DNA of 47,262 bases from Nitriliruptorales bacterium (GCA_024644015.1 JAHELV010000008.1:25823-73084), one strand, 5' to 3'. Numbered from the stretch's first letter, positions 1-11,712 are shown. Translations and numbers: made by a program. Notes: generated by a model not told the origin, from the letters alone.

Positions 1-731
1 ACGCCACCCACTCCCGCCGTCGGCGTGGACCGGCGGCCAGCGCGCCCACCGCGACCAGAGCGACGAGGCCGCTGCTGCTGGGCGCGGGACCGGCGCTGCT
101 CTGAGTCGGGCAGCACTTCGCCTCGGTACACCCAGACCTTGACCCCGATGCGGCCATAGGTGGTGCGTGCCTCGTCAAAGCCGTAGTCGATGTTCGCACG
201 CAACGTGTGCAACGGCACCTGGCCTTCGCGGTACCACTCGGTCCGACTCATCTCCGCACCGCCGAGGCGGCCGGAACATTGGACGCGCACGCCCTTGGCG
301 CCTGCTTTCATCGCGTTCTGGGTGGCACGGCGCATCGCGCGACGGAAGCTCACGCGGCCGCGCAACTGCTCGGCGACGTTGTGCGCGGTGACCTGCGCAT
401 CCAACTCGGGCGTCTTGACCTCCTGGATGTTCAGCTTGATCTGCTTGCCGGTCATCTTCTCGAGCGCCGAGCGGATGGCGTCGGCCTCCGCTCCACGGCG
501 GCCGATGACGATTCCCGGACGCGCGGTCCAGACGTCGACGGTCACACGGTCACGGGTGCGCTCGATGTCGATGCGGCTGACGCCCGAATGACGGACCCGC
601 TCGCGGATGTAGTTGCGGATGCGGTCGTCCTCGGCCACGTAGTCCGCGTACTCCTTGTCGGCGAACCATCGCGACTTGTAGTCCTTGATGACGCCGAGCC
701 GGAACCCGTACGGGTGGATCTTCTGGCCCAC
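1..731 (-). CDS. rpsC: 30S ribosomal protein S3 (3' end runs off window)
   Basis: Not in ORF track. Reverse strand from GTG at 731 reads [28 protein letters not shown]...; GAGGAG RBS just upstream; follows rplV. Confidence 0.96.
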   Translation of the reverse strand, partial: MGQKIHPYGFRLGVIKDYKSRWFADKEYADYVAEDDRIRNYIRERVRHSGVSRIDIERTRDRVTVDVWTARPGIVIGRRGAEADAIRSALEKMTGKQIKLNIQEVKTPELDAQVTAHNVAEQLRGRVSFRRAMRRATQNAMKAGAKGVRVQCSGRLGGAEMSRTEWYREGQVPLHTLRANIDYGFDEARTTYGRIGVKVWVYRGEVLPDSEQRRSRAQQQRPRRSGRGGRAGRRSTPTAGVGG

Positions 732-750
732 GGCCTACTCCTCGTTCTTT

Positions 751-867
751 CGTTCGGCGGCGCCGGTCCGTCGCGTGCTCTGCGGAACCAGGCTTTCGTG
801 ATCTCGTGTCCGGCGGCACCGGTCCACCGCGTGCTTCATGTTCATGGAACCAGGCTCCGTGAATCTC
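751..867. repeat. Degenerate ~55-60 bp tandem duplication in rplV-rpsC spacer
   Basis: cggcggc(g/a)ccggtcc..cgcgtgct...ggaaccaggct..cgtg.atctc occurs twice; second copy encodes the last codons of rplV. Confidence 0.75.
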
Positions 868-1189
868 CCAAGACGATGGTGATGTGGCTGGTGCGTTTGC
901 GGATGCGGTAGGCCCGGCCCATCGCGCGCGGTTGGTAGCGCTTCATGGTCGGCCCCTCGTCGACCACCGCGGACGTGACCCACAGGTCGTCGGCATCGAG
1001 GTCGTGGTTGTTCTCCGCGTTGGCGATCGCCGACTCCAGCACTTTTCGCACATACTGGGCCGCGCCTTTCTCCTCGAGCAGCAGGACGTCCCGTGCCCGC
1101 TCGACATCGAGCCCACGGATGTGCCGCACGACTTGCCGAGCCTTGTTCGGTGCAACCCGCACATAGCGGGCGCTGGCCCTGACATCCAT
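842..1189 (-). CDS. rplV: 50S ribosomal protein L22
   Basis: ARYVRVAPNKAR...SAIANAENNH...PRAMGRAYRIRKRTSHITIV. Confidence 0.97.
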   Translation of the reverse strand: MDVRASARYVRVAPNKARQVVRHIRGLDVERARDVLLLEEKGAAQYVRKVLESAIANAENNHDLDADDLWVTSAVVDEGPTMKRYQPRAMGRAYRIRKRTSHITIVLGDSRSLVP

Positions 1190-1261
1190 GCCTCTACCCT
1201 TCTGTGAATCCCCGGCGATCTCTCAGCCTGGCGCCGATCGACCGTTTGTGCTCCAGGCGAT

Positions 1262-1561
1262 CTAGCGACGCACGCCGCCGCGACCGCGCAGCGACTGCTT
1301 CTCGCCTGCCCCACGCCACTTGATCGCACGCGTTGGCGCGAACTCACCCAGCTTGTGGCCGACCATCGACTCCGAGATGTAGATCGGCACGTGCTTGCGT
1401 CCGTCGTGCACCGCGATCGTGTGGCCGACCATCTCGGGTGAGATCTCGGAACGGCGCGACCAGGTGCGGATCACCCGTTTCTCGTTGCGCGAGTTGAGCG
1501 CGGCGATCTTGTTCTCCAGATGGGCGTCGACGAACGGGCCCTTTTTCAAGCTGCGCGGCAT
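1262..1561 (-). CDS. rpsS: 30S ribosomal protein S19
   Basis: [12 protein letters not shown]...TWSRRS...HDGRKHVP...[11 protein letters not shown]. Confidence 0.97.
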   Translation of the reverse strand: MPRSLKKGPFVDAHLENKIAALNSRNEKRVIRTWSRRSEISPEMVGHTIAVHDGRKHVPIYISESMVGHKLGEFAPTRAIKWRGAGEKQSLRGRGGVRR

Positions 1562-1587
1562 CGTGTGCTCTCCTGTGCCTTGTGCTG

Positions 1588-2418
1588 TCAGCGGCGACGC
1601 TTGCCGCGCCGACGGATGATGTCTTTGTCCGACCCTTTTTTCTTGGCGCGCGTCCGGCCCTCGGGCTTGCCCTTGTGGTTGGTTGGGTGGCGCCCGCCCG
1701 AGGTCCGCCCCTCGCCACCCCCGTGCGGATGGTCGACGGGGTTCATGACGACGCCGCGGACCTTGGGGCGCTTGCCGCGCCAGCGTGAGCGTCCGGCCTT
1801 GCCGTCGTTGACGAGCTCGTGGTCGGCGTTGCCGACCGTACCGACCGTTGCCCTGCAGTCGAGCAGGACACGGCGGATCTCGCCGGACGGCAACCGCAGC
1901 GCCGCGTACTTGCCCTCTTTGGCCAGCAGCTGCACGCGGTTGCCGGCGGACCGGCCGAGCTTGGCGCCCCCGCCGGGACGCAGCTCGACCGCGTGGATGA
2001 CGGTACCCACGGGGATGTTGCGTAGCGGCAACGCATTGCCCGACTGGATGTCGGCACCCTCGCCGGACGTCAGGACGTCGCCGACGCGCAGCCCCTCGGG
2101 CGCGAGGATGTAGCGCTTCTCGCCGTCGTGGTAGTGCAACCGCGCGATACGCGCCGACCGGTTCGGGTCGTACTCGACCTCCGCGACCGTTGCGGGCACG
2201 CCGTCCTTGTTGCGGCGGAAGTCGATCTCGCGGTACTTGCGCTTGTGCCCGCCGCCCTGGCGGCGCGTGGTGATGCGCCCCTGCGCGTTGCGACCGGCCT
2301 TCTTGGGGTTGGGGCTCGTGAGCGACTTGAGGGGCTTGTCGGTGGTGACCGTGGCGAAATCGGACACGCTCATGCCGCGACGCGCTGGCGTCGTCGGGCG
2401 GTATCTGCGATTGGCCAT
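1588..2418 (-). CDS. rplB: 50S ribosomal protein L2
   Basis: [29 protein letters not shown]. Confidence 0.98.
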   Translation of the reverse strand: MANRRYRPTTPARRGMSVSDFATVTTDKPLKSLTSPNPKKAGRNAQGRITTRRQGGGHKRKYREIDFRRNKDGVPATVAEVEYDPNRSARIARLHYHDGEKRYILAPEGLRVGDVLTSGEGADIQSGNALPLRNIPVGTVIHAVELRPGGGAKLGRSAGNRVQLLAKEGKYAALRLPSGEIRRVLLDCRATVGTVGNADHELVNDGKAGRSRWRGKRPKVRGVVMNPVDHPHGGGEGRTSGGRHPTNHKGKPEGRTRAKKKGSDKDIIRRRGKRRR

Positions 2419-2501
2419 CGTGGTTGTCCTCTCCGGGTTGCTGTCCGGCGGAGCCGGTCCGCCGCGCGGCGCTGGTCGGCGCCGGGCGGGTGTATCGGGT
2501 G

Positions 2502-2783
2502 TTAGGCGAAGATGTCGATCTCGTCGCCCTCGGCCAGCGTCACGACCGCCCGCTTGGTGCGTTTGCGTTGGCCCTGCACCAGGCCGAAGCGCACCCGCTT
2601 GCCAGGTCGGTTCAACGTGTTGACCTTGCGGACACGCACGCCCCAGATCTGCTCGACCGCCTGCTTGATCTCGGTCTTGTTGGCGCTGGGATGCACAACG
2701 AAGGTGTAGCGGCCCTCGTCGAGCAGCCCGTAGCTCTTCTCGCTGACCACCGGCTCGATGATGACGTCATGTGGGGTCTTCAT
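2502..2783 (-). CDS. rplW: 50S ribosomal protein L23
   Basis: PVVSEKSY...[19 protein letters not shown]...KRAVVTL. Confidence 0.97.
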   Translation of the reverse strand: MKTPHDVIIEPVVSEKSYGLLDEGRYTFVVHPSANKTEIKQAVEQIWGVRVRKVNTLNRPGKRVRFGLVQGQRKRTKRAVVTLAEGDEIDIFA

Positions 2784-3511
2784 TCGGAGGCCTCCCCGGT
2801 CGTGTCCTCGTCGGCATCCACCGGCGCCGTGTCCTCGTCGGCATCGACCGGCGCGGTGTCGGCGACCGCACCCTGCGGTGCGGAACGCCCACCGCCGATG
2901 CGGTCGAGCGCCTCTTCGGCGAACACGATCACGTCGTGGGTCAGCAGGTCGTAGACGTTGAGCTGGTCAGCCGTCAGCACGTGCGCCGATGGCAGGTTGC
3001 GGAAGCTGCGGGCGACCGCGTCGTCGCGTTCCGCGAGCACGATCAGCGACGTGCGGCCGCTGAGCTCGAGCGCGTTCAGCAGCGCCACGGCGTCGCGCGT
3101 GCGTGGCTCGGTCAGGCCGAAGTCACGCACGACCCGTACGTCGCCACTGCCAGCCCGATCAGACAGAGCCGACGCCAGCGCAAGACGCTTGACCTTCTTG
3201 TTGACGCGCTTGCGGAAGTTCCGCTCGTTGGTCGGGCCGTGTGCGACACCGCCACCGCTCCACTGCGGCGCGCGGATCGAACCCTGCCTCGCGCGACCTG
3301 TGCCCTTCTGACGCCAGGGCTTGGCGCCACCGCCACGAACCTCGCCACGGCTCTTGGTCGTGGCGCTGCCGGCCCGGGCGGCCGCCAGTTGGGCGGTGAC
3401 GACCTGGTGGAGCACCGGGACGTTGATCGGCGCCTCGAACAGAGCCGGATCGAGCTCGACGCTGTCGGTGGTGGATCCTTGGGCGTCAAGGACGTCGACG
3501 CGCAGCGCCAT
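2780..3511 (-). CDS. rplD: 50S ribosomal protein L4 with acidic repeat tail
   Basis: [29 protein letters not shown]; tail contains a 27-bp duplication at 2801-2854. Confidence 0.97.
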   Translation of the reverse strand: MALRVDVLDAQGSTTDSVELDPALFEAPINVPVLHQVVTAQLAAARAGSATTKSRGEVRGGGAKPWRQKGTGRARQGSIRAPQWSGGGVAHGPTNERNFRKRVNKKVKRLALASALSDRAGSGDVRVVRDFGLTEPRTRDAVALLNALELSGRTSLIVLAERDDAVARSFRNLPSAHVLTADQLNVYDLLTHDVIVFAEEALDRIGGGRSAPQGAVADTAPVDADEDTAPVDADEDTTGEASE

Positions 3512-4158
3512 CAGGCCTCACCTCCGGACGTGACTGGAGCCTTCGTGCTGGAGCGAACGAGCACGAGTGACCCGTTGCCGCCGGGCGTCGCGCCTTTGAT
3601 CAGCAGCAGGCCGCGTTCGGTGTCGACACCTGCGACGGTCAGTCGCTGGATGGTCACACGCTCGTTGCCGGTGCGGCCGGCCATCCGGGTGCCGGGGAAG
3701 ACCCGACCGGGTGTGGCGCACGCGCCGATCGCTCCGGGTGCGCGGTGGACCTTGTGCACGCCGTGACCGGCCCCTAGCCCGGCGAAGCCGTGGCGCTTCA
3801 TCACACCCGAGAAGCCTTTGCCCTTCGAGCGCGCGGTGACGTCGACAAGTTCACCGGCACGGAAGATGTCGACGGTTATGACGTCGCCGAGCCCGTGCTC
3901 CTCGTCGAACGCGACCTCCATGAGGTAGCGGGTCGGCTCCACCCCGGCGGCCGCGAAGTGGCCGGCCAAGGGCTTGGTGGACCGCTTCGCGCGTCCGTAC
4001 CCGAGCTGGAGGGCCCGGTAGCCGTCCCGTTGCTCGGTGCGCACCTGGGTGACCGGGCAGGGGCCGGCGCGCAGCACGGTCACCGGTACGACCTCGTTGT
4101 CGTCGGTGAACACCTGCGTCATCCCGAGCTTGGTGCCCAAGATCCCTTTTCTCACCAT
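3511..4158 (-). CDS. rplC: 50S ribosomal protein L3
   Basis: [13 protein letters not shown]...[15 protein letters not shown]...[12 protein letters not shown]; ATG at 4158 preferred over GTG at 4182. Confidence 0.96.
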   Translation of the reverse strand: MVRKGILGTKLGMTQVFTDDNEVVPVTVLRAGPCPVTQVRTEQRDGYRALQLGYGRAKRSTKPLAGHFAAAGVEPTRYLMEVAFDEEHGLGDVITVDIFRAGELVDVTARSKGKGFSGVMKRHGFAGLGAGHGVHKVHRAPGAIGACATPGRVFPGTRMAGRTGNERVTIQRLTVAGVDTERGLLLIKGATPGGNGSLVLVRSSTKAPVTSGGEA

Positions 4159-4234
4159 CGTTGTTTTCTCTCTCTTCGTCACGACTGCTGCGCCTAGACC
4201 TGCCGGCTACCTCGAGACATGAATCCGGGTGAGG

Positions 4235-4329
4235 GCGGTGGCGGTCGTGGTCGGAGGCGACTCGGGGTGTCCGAGCCCCTGGGCGAGGACGGGGTCCCTG
4301 CTGGAGCCGGAGACCATGACCGCCACCGC
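4235..4329 (+). repeat. Structured dispersed element family A, copy 1 (after rpsJ)
   Basis: Inverted arms 4235-4252 / 4312-4329 around core GGAGGCGACTCGGGGTGTCCGAGCCCCTGGGCGAGGACGGGGTCCCTGCTGGAGCCGGA. Confidence 0.9.
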
Positions 4330-4340
4330 TCGACCACGCA

Positions 4341-4652
4341 CTACAGCTTGATTTCGATGTCCACGCCGGCCGGCAGGTCGAGACGCATCAGGCTGTCGAC
4401 CGTCTTCTGGGTCGGCTCGTGGATGTCGATCAGCCGCTTGTGCGTACGCATCTCGAAATGCTCGCGCGAGTCCTTGTACTTGTGTGGCGACCGGATGACG
4501 CAGTACACGTTGCGCTCGGTCGGCAGCGGCACCGGCCCGGTGATCTTCGCGCCCGTGCGCTCGACCGTGTCCACGATCTTGCGTGCCGAGGCGTCGATGA
4601 TCTCGTGATCGTAGGCCTTCAGCCGGATCCTGATCTTCTGCCCGTTAGCCAT
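4341..4652 (-). CDS. rpsJ: 30S ribosomal protein S10
   Basis: [11 protein letters not shown]...GPVPLPT...[23 protein letters not shown]. Confidence 0.98.
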   Translation of the reverse strand: MANGQKIRIRLKAYDHEIIDASARKIVDTVERTGAKITGPVPLPTERNVYCVIRSPHKYKDSREHFEMRTHKRLIDIHEPTQKTVDSLMRLDLPAGVDIEIKL

Positions 4653-4745
4653 CTTCTCTTCTCTCTACTACTACTGCGCTTCGCATCCGCGAGGGCTCTA
4701 CCGTTGCCCGCCGGCCGGATGACCAACCGAGGGATGAAGCTGTGG

Positions 4746-4845
4746 CGTGACCGCGTGGTGCGGGCCGGAGGCGACTCGGGGTGTCCGAGCCCCAGGCGAG
4801 GACGGGGTCCCCGCTGGAGCCGTAGGCCTGTGCCACGCGGTCACG
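4746..4845 (+). repeat. Element family A, copy 2 (after tuf1)
   Basis: Arms 4746-4766 / 4825-4845 (several G-T pairs on + strand); core 4767-4824. Confidence 0.9.
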
Positions 4846-4857
4846 ACATGGACGCTG

Positions 4858-6045
<1,188 letters not shown>

Positions 6046-6097
6046 GCGCTTCGTTCCTTTGCTGCGTTACTGGTCGTGTCGTGGTCGACGGCTGGAC

Positions 6098-8245
6098 CTA
6101 GTCGCCCCGGACCTTGGCGACGATCTCGTTCGCCAACGACTCGGGCACCGGCTCGTAGCCGGAGAACTGCATCGTGTAGGTGGCCCGACCCTGGGTCTTG
6201 CTGCGCAGGTCGGTGGCGTAGCCGAACATCTCCGACAACGGCACCTGTGCGGTGACGATCTGCGTGCTTCCGCGGGTACCCATCTCACCGATGTGACCGC
6301 GGCGGGCGGTGAGGTCGCCGATCACGTCGCCCAGGTAGTCCTCGGGCGTGCTGACCTCGACGTCCATGACGGGTTCGAGCAGCGCCAGCCCGGCTCTGCG
6401 GACGGCCTCCTTGAGCGCCATCGACCCGGCGATCTTGAACGACATCTCCGACGAGTCGACGTCGTGGTAGCTGCCGTCCGTCAGCCGCGCCCGCATGTCA
6501 ACGATCGGGTAGCCGGCGAGCACACCGCCCTCCATCGCCTCGCGGATGCCTTGGTTGACCGACGGGATGAACTCGCGTGGAATGGATCCACCGCGGATCT
6601 CGTCGGAGAACTCGTAGCCGCCGATCTCGCCGGTCGGCTCGCCCTCGGGGTCGATGACCTGCCGCGGCTCGTCGGCGAAGACGCCGGTCGGCTCGATCGA
6701 GATCTCCACTTCGGCGAACTGCCCGGACCCACCGGTCTGCCGCTTGAAGCGCAGCAGATGGTCGTAGATGGGCCGGCGGATGGTCTCACGGTAGGCGACC
6801 TGCGGTCGGCCGACGTTGGCGTCGACTTTGAACTCGCGCAGCATGCGGTCAACCAGCACCTCGAGGTGCAGTTCGCCCATGCCGCCGATGATCGTCTGAC
6901 CGGTTTCGTCGTCGGTCCGGACTGTGAAGGTCGGGTCCTCCTCGGCCAGCTTCTGCAGGCTTTCGCCCAGCTTCTGCTGGTCGGCCTTCGTCTTGGGCTC
7001 GATGGCGATGTGAATGACCGGCGCCGGGAAATCCATCCGTTCGAGCAGGACAGGTGCCCGCGGGTCGCACAGCGTGTCGCCCGTGGTTGTGAACTTCAGC
7101 CCGACGGCGGCGCAGATGTCACCAGTGAACGCCGCAGGCCGATCCTCGCGTGAGTTCGCGTGCATCTGCAGGATGCGCCCGAACCGTTCCTTGCGGTCCT
7201 TCGTCGAGTTGATGACCGCTTCGCCCTGGTCGACCACGCCCGAGTAGACGCGGAAGTAGGTCAGCTTTCCGACGTACGGGTCGCTCATGATCTTGAACGC
7301 GAGCGCGCTGAACGGCGCGTTCTCGTCGGCCTTGCGCTCGACGGGCTCTCCCGACTTGACGTCGACTCCCGCCACGGGCGGCACGTCCGCCGGCGACGGA
7401 AGGAAGTCAACCACGGCGTCGAGCAGCAACTGCACCCCTTTGTTCTTGAAGGCCGAGCCGCACAGCACCGGTGTGATCTGCCCGTCGATCGTCGCGTCGC
7501 GGATCCCCCGGACGAGCTGCTCACGCGTCAGATCGTCGTTCGACAGATACTCCTCGAGCAGCTCCTCGTTGGTCTCGGCGATGGCCTCGACCAGTGCCGA
7601 CCGGTAGTCGGTCGCCTGCGCCTGAAGGTCGGCGGGAATGTCGTGATCGCTGAAGGTTGAACCGAGGTCGTCGCCGCTGCCCTCCCACACGCGTGCCTTC
7701 ATGTCGAGCAGGTCGACGACGCCCACGAACTCGTTCTCGGCACCGACGGGAAGCTGGATCGGAACCGGCGTGGCACCGAGCCGCTCGCGGATCGAGCTGA
7801 CCGCGCCGAAGAAGTCCGCTCCGACGCGATCCATCTTGTTGATGAAGCAGATGCGCGGAACTCCGTACTTGTCCGCCTGACGCCACACCGTCTCGGACTG
7901 CGGCTCCACGCCGCTGACGGCATCGAAGACCGCTACTGACCCGTCGAGGATGCGCAGGGATCGCTCGACCTCCACGGTGAAGTCGACGTGGCCGGGGGTG
8001 TCGATGATGTTGATGATGTGGCCACGCCACTCCGCGGTGGTGGCCGCCGATGTGATGGTGATGCCCCGCTCCTGCTCCTGGGGCATCCAGTCCATCGTCG
8101 CGGCGCCTTCGTGGACCTCGCCGATCTTGTAGCTCTTGCCGGTGTAGTAGAGGATGCGCTCGGTGGTCGTGGTCTTGCCCGCGTCAATGTGAGCCATGAT
8201 CCCGATGTTGCGGGTCAGGTTGAGCGGGTGTTCTCGCTTTGGCAT
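6098..8245 (-). CDS. fusA: Elongation factor G
   Basis: [34 protein letters not shown]. Confidence 0.98.
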   Translation of the reverse strand: MPKREHPLNLTRNIGIMAHIDAGKTTTTERILYYTGKSYKIGEVHEGAATMDWMPQEQERGITITSAATTAEWRGHIINIIDTPGHVDFTVEVERSLRILDGSVAVFDAVSGVEPQSETVWRQADKYGVPRICFINKMDRVGADFFGAVSSIRERLGATPVPIQLPVGAENEFVGVVDLLDMKARVWEGSGDDLGSTFSDHDIPADLQAQATDYRSALVEAIAETNEELLEEYLSNDDLTREQLVRGIRDATIDGQITPVLCGSAFKNKGVQLLLDAVVDFLPSPADVPPVAGVDVKSGEPVERKADENAPFSALAFKIMSDPYVGKLTYFRVYSGVVDQGEAVINSTKDRKERFGRILQMHANSREDRPAAFTGDICAAVGLKFTTTGDTLCDPRAPVLLERMDFPAPVIHIAIEPKTKADQQKLGESLQKLAEEDPTFTVRTDDETGQTIIGGMGELHLEVLVDRMLREFKVDANVGRPQVAYRETIRRPIYDHLLRFKRQTGGSGQFAEVEISIEPTGVFADEPRQVIDPEGEPTGEIGGYEFSDEIRGGSIPREFIPSVNQGIREAMEGGVLAGYPIVDMRARLTDGSYHDVDSSEMSFKIAGSMALKEAVRRAGLALLEPVMDVEVSTPEDYLGDVIGDLTARRGHIGEMGTRGSTQIVTAQVPLSEMFGYATDLRSKTQGRATYTMQFSGYEPVPESLANEIVAKVRGD

Positions 8246-8317
8246 CGATCTACCTCGGGTGTCCAGACGTACGCGGTCGCCGTCGTGGGCCGGCGGCGGC
8301 GGGGTGTGGAGTGCGCC

Positions 8318-8788
8318 CTACCACCGATAGTGCGCGAAGGCCTTGTTGGCGTCGGCCATCTTGTGCGTGTCCTCCCGGCGCTTGACCGCGGCGCCGGCGT
8401 TGTTGCTGGCGTCGAGCAGCTCGCCGGCGAGGCGCTGCGCCATCGTGTGTTCGCGGCGGTCCCGCGCGTACTGCGTGATCCACCGCAGGGCCAGCGTCGT
8501 CCCGCGACCCTGCCGTACCTCGATCGGCACCTGGTACGTGGCGCCACCGACCCGGCGCGACTTGACCTCGAGCAGCGGCTTGACGTTGTCGAGTGCACGG
8601 CGGAACGTCTGCACCGGGTCCGCGCCGGTCCGTGTCTGCATGTGCTCGAACGCGTCGTAGACGATGCTTTCGGCCAACGACCGCTTGCCGTCGAGCATCA
8701 CCTTGTTGATGAGCTGCGTCACGAGCACGCTCGAGTGCTTGGGGTCCGGCTGCAGTTTGCGGTGGGGTGCGGGTCCCTTACGGGGCAT
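8318..8788 (-). CDS. rpsG: 30S ribosomal protein S7
   Basis: [11 protein letters not shown]...[15 protein letters not shown]. Confidence 0.98.
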   Translation of the reverse strand: MPRKGPAPHRKLQPDPKHSSVLVTQLINKVMLDGKRSLAESIVYDAFEHMQTRTGADPVQTFRRALDNVKPLLEVKSRRVGGATYQVPIEVRQGRGTTLALRWITQYARDRREHTMAQRLAGELLDASNNAGAAVKRREDTHKMADANKAFAHYRW

Positions 8789-8833
8789 GACGGTTCTCCT
8801 GTGTCTTCGTTGCTGCTGCCGGTAGGGGTCCCT

Positions 8834-8990
8834 CTACCGCTGCGCTACTTGAGGTCTGTCCGTGACCTACCGCTGCGCTACTTGAGGTCAGTCCGTGACC
8901 TACCGCTGCGCTACTTGAGGTCAGTCCGTGACCTACCGCTGCGCTACTTGAGGTCAGTCCGTGACCTACCGCTGCGCTACTTGAGGTCAG
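8834..8990. repeat. 33-bp tandem repeat (~4.75 copies) in rpsL-rpsG spacer
   Basis: Unit ctaccgctgcgctacttgaggtcagtccgtgac at 8834, 8867, 8900, 8933 and 8966 (partial; includes rpsL stop). Confidence 0.95.
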
Positions 8991-9355
8991 CCTCTCTTGG
9001 CGCCGTACTTCGATCGCGCCTGCTGGCGGCCCGCCACGCCCGAGGCGTCGAGTGCGGCGCGGATCACCTTGTAGCGGACGCCTGGAAGGTCACGCACGCG
9101 ACCACCGCGCACCAGCACCATCGAGTGCTCCTGCAGGTTGTGACCTTCGCCCGGGATGTAGGCGGTGACCTCGATGCCCGAGCTCAGCCGCACACGGCAG
9201 ACCTTGCGCAGCGCCGAGTTGGGCTTCTTCGGCGTCGTCGTGTACACGCGGGTGCACACGCCGCGCCGCTGGGGAGAGCCTTTGAGCGCTGCGGTCTTCC
9301 CACGGGAGGTCTTCTTCTCGCGGCCCTTGCGGACGAGCTGCTGAATGGTCGGCAT
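8987..9355 (-). CDS. rpsL: 30S ribosomal protein S12
   Basis: [12 protein letters not shown]...[13 protein letters not shown]...[10 protein letters not shown]...DLPGVRY. Confidence 0.98.
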   Translation of the reverse strand: MPTIQQLVRKGREKKTSRGKTAALKGSPQRRGVCTRVYTTTPKKPNSALRKVCRVRLSSGIEVTAYIPGEGHNLQEHSMVLVRGGRVRDLPGVRYKVIRAALDASGVAGRQQARSKYGAKRG

Positions 9356-9376
9356 GAAGCGGGTCCTGTCTTATCT

Positions 9377-9486
9377 GAGGCGATCCGGAGCCTGGTTCCG
9401 GATCGACCACCGTGCCTGTCCGAGGCGATCCGGAGCCTGGTTCCGGATCGACCACCGTGCCTGTCCGAGGCGATCCGGGACCTGGT
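9377..9486. repeat. 45-bp tandem palindromic repeat (~2.4 copies) in rpsL leader
   Basis: Unit gaggCGATCCGGAgcctggtTCCGGATCGaccaccgtgcctgtcc at 9377, 9422 and 9467 (partial). Confidence 0.92.
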
Positions 9487-10049
9487 GGAGCCCGGTCGTG
9501 GATCGCGGTCCCGTGTGCGTTTCCCGGCGGGACACGCACACGGGCGTTTCACTGATACATGCGTGTAGCGACTCAGGCTCGAGTTGCGTACGGGGCATGT
9601 GCCGGCACCGTGGTGTTCGGTCAAGGAGATCTAGATGACCTTGCCGCCGCACCCTCGGGCGGGCGCGTCGCCAGCAGTCGCCAGCTACGGGTCGCCTACA
9701 GCCACACGATCATGCTGTGGGCCGCACCGCTGCACCACAGCGGTTCCGGCGGATGATCCGTGTCTCGCTAGAGACACGATATTGACGCCAAGGCGCACCT
9801 TGGCGTCGCGTTCAGTCGTCAACGAGACTAGGTCGCTCCACCCCGGGTGTCAACTTGGCGCCGGGCTCGTGCGGTCGCTCCCGTGTCCCAACATGAAACC
9901 AAGCGCGCTCGTCCGCCGGTCGACCAGGACGATCCCGGCCGCGATACGTGGACCTCGGCACGACCACGGCGCGGGTGTGGTTGTGTGAGCACAGCAGTTA
10001 CCATCGGGGTCGTCCCCACACCGCATACCGCCGAACGGGAGGCGCATAG

Positions 10050-10271
10050 ATGAGCAGCGCCGAGCCGGAGCTCGTGACACACGACAGCCGGCCGCCGGAG
10101 TACGACCTGTCGACACTGGAGGCCGACCTGGACGTAGCGGCCGCGCTGGGCGGGCTGGCCGACTTCGGAGAGGTGGCGGACGCAGAGGATCGCGTCGCTG
10201 CGGGAGACGAAGAGGTCGTGCGGCGTACCCGTGCATGGCTCGCCGCCAACCCGACCGCGGTGCGGTCCTGA
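10050..10271 (+). CDS. Small acidic hypothetical protein (73 aa)
   Basis: GGGAGG RBS upstream, GC-rich third codon positions, stop abuts amidase ATG (TGAATG). Confidence 0.65.
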   Translation: MSSAEPELVTHDSRPPEYDLSTLEADLDVAAALGGLADFGEVADAEDRVAAGDEEVVRRTRAWLAANPTAVRS

Positions 10272-11168
10272 ATGGCGCTGGACATCACCACCCGGCGCGG
10301 CTGGGGCGCGCGGACGGGCCGGACCGGTCGGCCGATGGGTCGCGTCCGTCAGCTCATCGTCCACCACTTCTGGCGACCCGATGTTCCCGCGTCGGCTTCC
10401 CGTGCCACCGAGCGCAGCGTGATGCGCGGCGTCGAGGCCTATCACGCCTCAAAGGGATGGTCGGCTGCGCCGGGCTACCAATGGGTGGTCTTCGACTCCG
10501 GGCGGATCTACGAGGGCGTCGGCTGGGGCCGGACGGGCGTGCACACCGCCGGATACAACTCTGTCTCGATCGCCTTCTGCTTCGGCAATGACGGCGACGC
10601 GGCCCAGCCGACTGAAGCGGCGTGGCGCGCGGCCTCTGACCTCCGGGCGATTGCGGTGGCGCGCGGCGCTCTCGCGACGCCGTTTCGACTGACGGGACAC
10701 CGCGACCACGCGGCGAAGAGCTGCCCCGGCAATCGCACCTACCCGCGTATCGGCCGCATCCGCACCGCCCCGCCAACGGGAGATGATGACATGCTGCGCA
10801 CAGGCGACGCCGGCAACGAAGTCGGCGAGCTACAGCAGGACCTCAACCGTCTGGTGTGGACCCTGCGTGAGCACGGCCGCATCGGCACCACCAGGGAAGA
10901 GCCGGTCAGGCAACCTGGTTGGTACCGGCTCAAGGCCGATGAGAACTACGGCGCGAAGACGGTCACAGCGGTCGCCTGGGCCAAGCAACAGCTCGGCTAC
11001 CGCGGCGGCGGCAACTCCGCACCGGCCGGGTTCCTCGCACGGCTCGCGACCGTCGCCTGGGCCAATCCGGGGCTGTACCGCGCGGAGGCCCGCAACGACA
11101 CCCAGAGCAAGCGACTTGTCGCCCTGGAAGGGCATACGCACAGCGAGGACGGCTCGATCGTCCCCTGA
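10272..11168 (+). CDS. PGRP/Amidase_2 N-acetylmuramoyl-L-alanine amidase with PG_binding_1-like C-terminal domain (endolysin-like)
   Basis: ITTRRGWGA, LIVHH, GYQWVV..SGRIYEG.GW...G.HT.GYN, GHRD...KSCPG (Zn ligands); LRTGDAGNEVGELQQDLN...DENYGAKTVTAV. Confidence 0.88.
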   Translation: MALDITTRRGWGARTGRTGRPMGRVRQLIVHHFWRPDVPASASRATERSVMRGVEAYHASKGWSAAPGYQWVVFDSGRIYEGVGWGRTGVHTAGYNSVSIAFCFGNDGDAAQPTEAAWRAASDLRAIAVARGALATPFRLTGHRDHAAKSCPGNRTYPRIGRIRTAPPTGDDDMLRTGDAGNEVGELQQDLNRLVWTLREHGRIGTTREEPVRQPGWYRLKADENYGAKTVTAVAWAKQQLGYRGGGNSAPAGFLARLATVAWANPGLYRAEARNDTQSKRLVALEGHTHSEDGSIVP

Positions 11169-11285
11169 TGACGGGGTCGTCAGCAGCCTGATCGCCGCAT
11201 GACGATTGACCTGGCGGACGAGACCGTTAGGGCGCAGCGCTCCCCGGGCCGGCGGATCTGCACCCCGCGAATGCGACCGCGCTGC

Positions 11286-11609
11286 TCATCCGACGACCAC
11301 GGCGGTCCCGCTGGTGGTGACCATCAGCATCGAGCCGTTGCCCGTCTGGATGGTCTCGTAGTCGATGTCGACGCCGACAACCGCGTTCGCCCCCCGCTCG
11401 GCGGCCTCACGTTCCATCTCCTGCAACGCGATCTTGCGGGCCTTGCCCAGTTCCCGCTCGTAGGCCCCCGAGCGGCCGCCGACGATGTCGCGGATCCCGG
11501 CGAAGAAGTCCTTGAAGACGTTCGCGCCCAGGATCGCCTCGCCAGTAACGATACCCAGATACTCGTCGATCCGATGGTCTGGCAGCACCGAGGTGGTCGT
11601 GATGATCAT
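11286..11609 (-). CDS. YbjQ/UPF0145 family protein
   Basis: MIITTT...[13 protein letters not shown]...[12 protein letters not shown]...[13 protein letters not shown]; GGGGAG RBS before ATG at 11609. Confidence 0.92.
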   Translation of the reverse strand: MIITTTSVLPDHRIDEYLGIVTGEAILGANVFKDFFAGIRDIVGGRSGAYERELGKARKIALQEMEREAAERGANAVVGVDIDYETIQTGNGSMLMVTTSGTAVVVG

Positions 11610-11712
11610 GGTGGTCTCCCCCACCGCGCCGCGCGTGGTCTGCCCGCAGCGTAGCGCAGAGAGCCGCGACGGCTCAGACGTACCGCTCCGCGCGCAGAGG
11701 GTGCGTCGCCGG

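Noticed and set aside
8254-8264. ctcgggtgtcc (and ggggtccct at 8825-8833) as extra copies of element A
   Set aside because: Only short matches, without the rest of the core or long flanking arms
8834-8990. CRISPR array
   Set aside because: Units are head-to-tail with no unique spacers, and there are no cas genes in the window
10269-10271. Selenocysteine recoding of the in-frame TGA
   Set aside because: No redox motif context, no evident bacterial SECIS, and an ATG follows directly
9700-11200. Intact prophage around the amidase
   Set aside because: No integrase, holin, terminase or structural genes nearby; flanks are rpsL and a YbjQ gene
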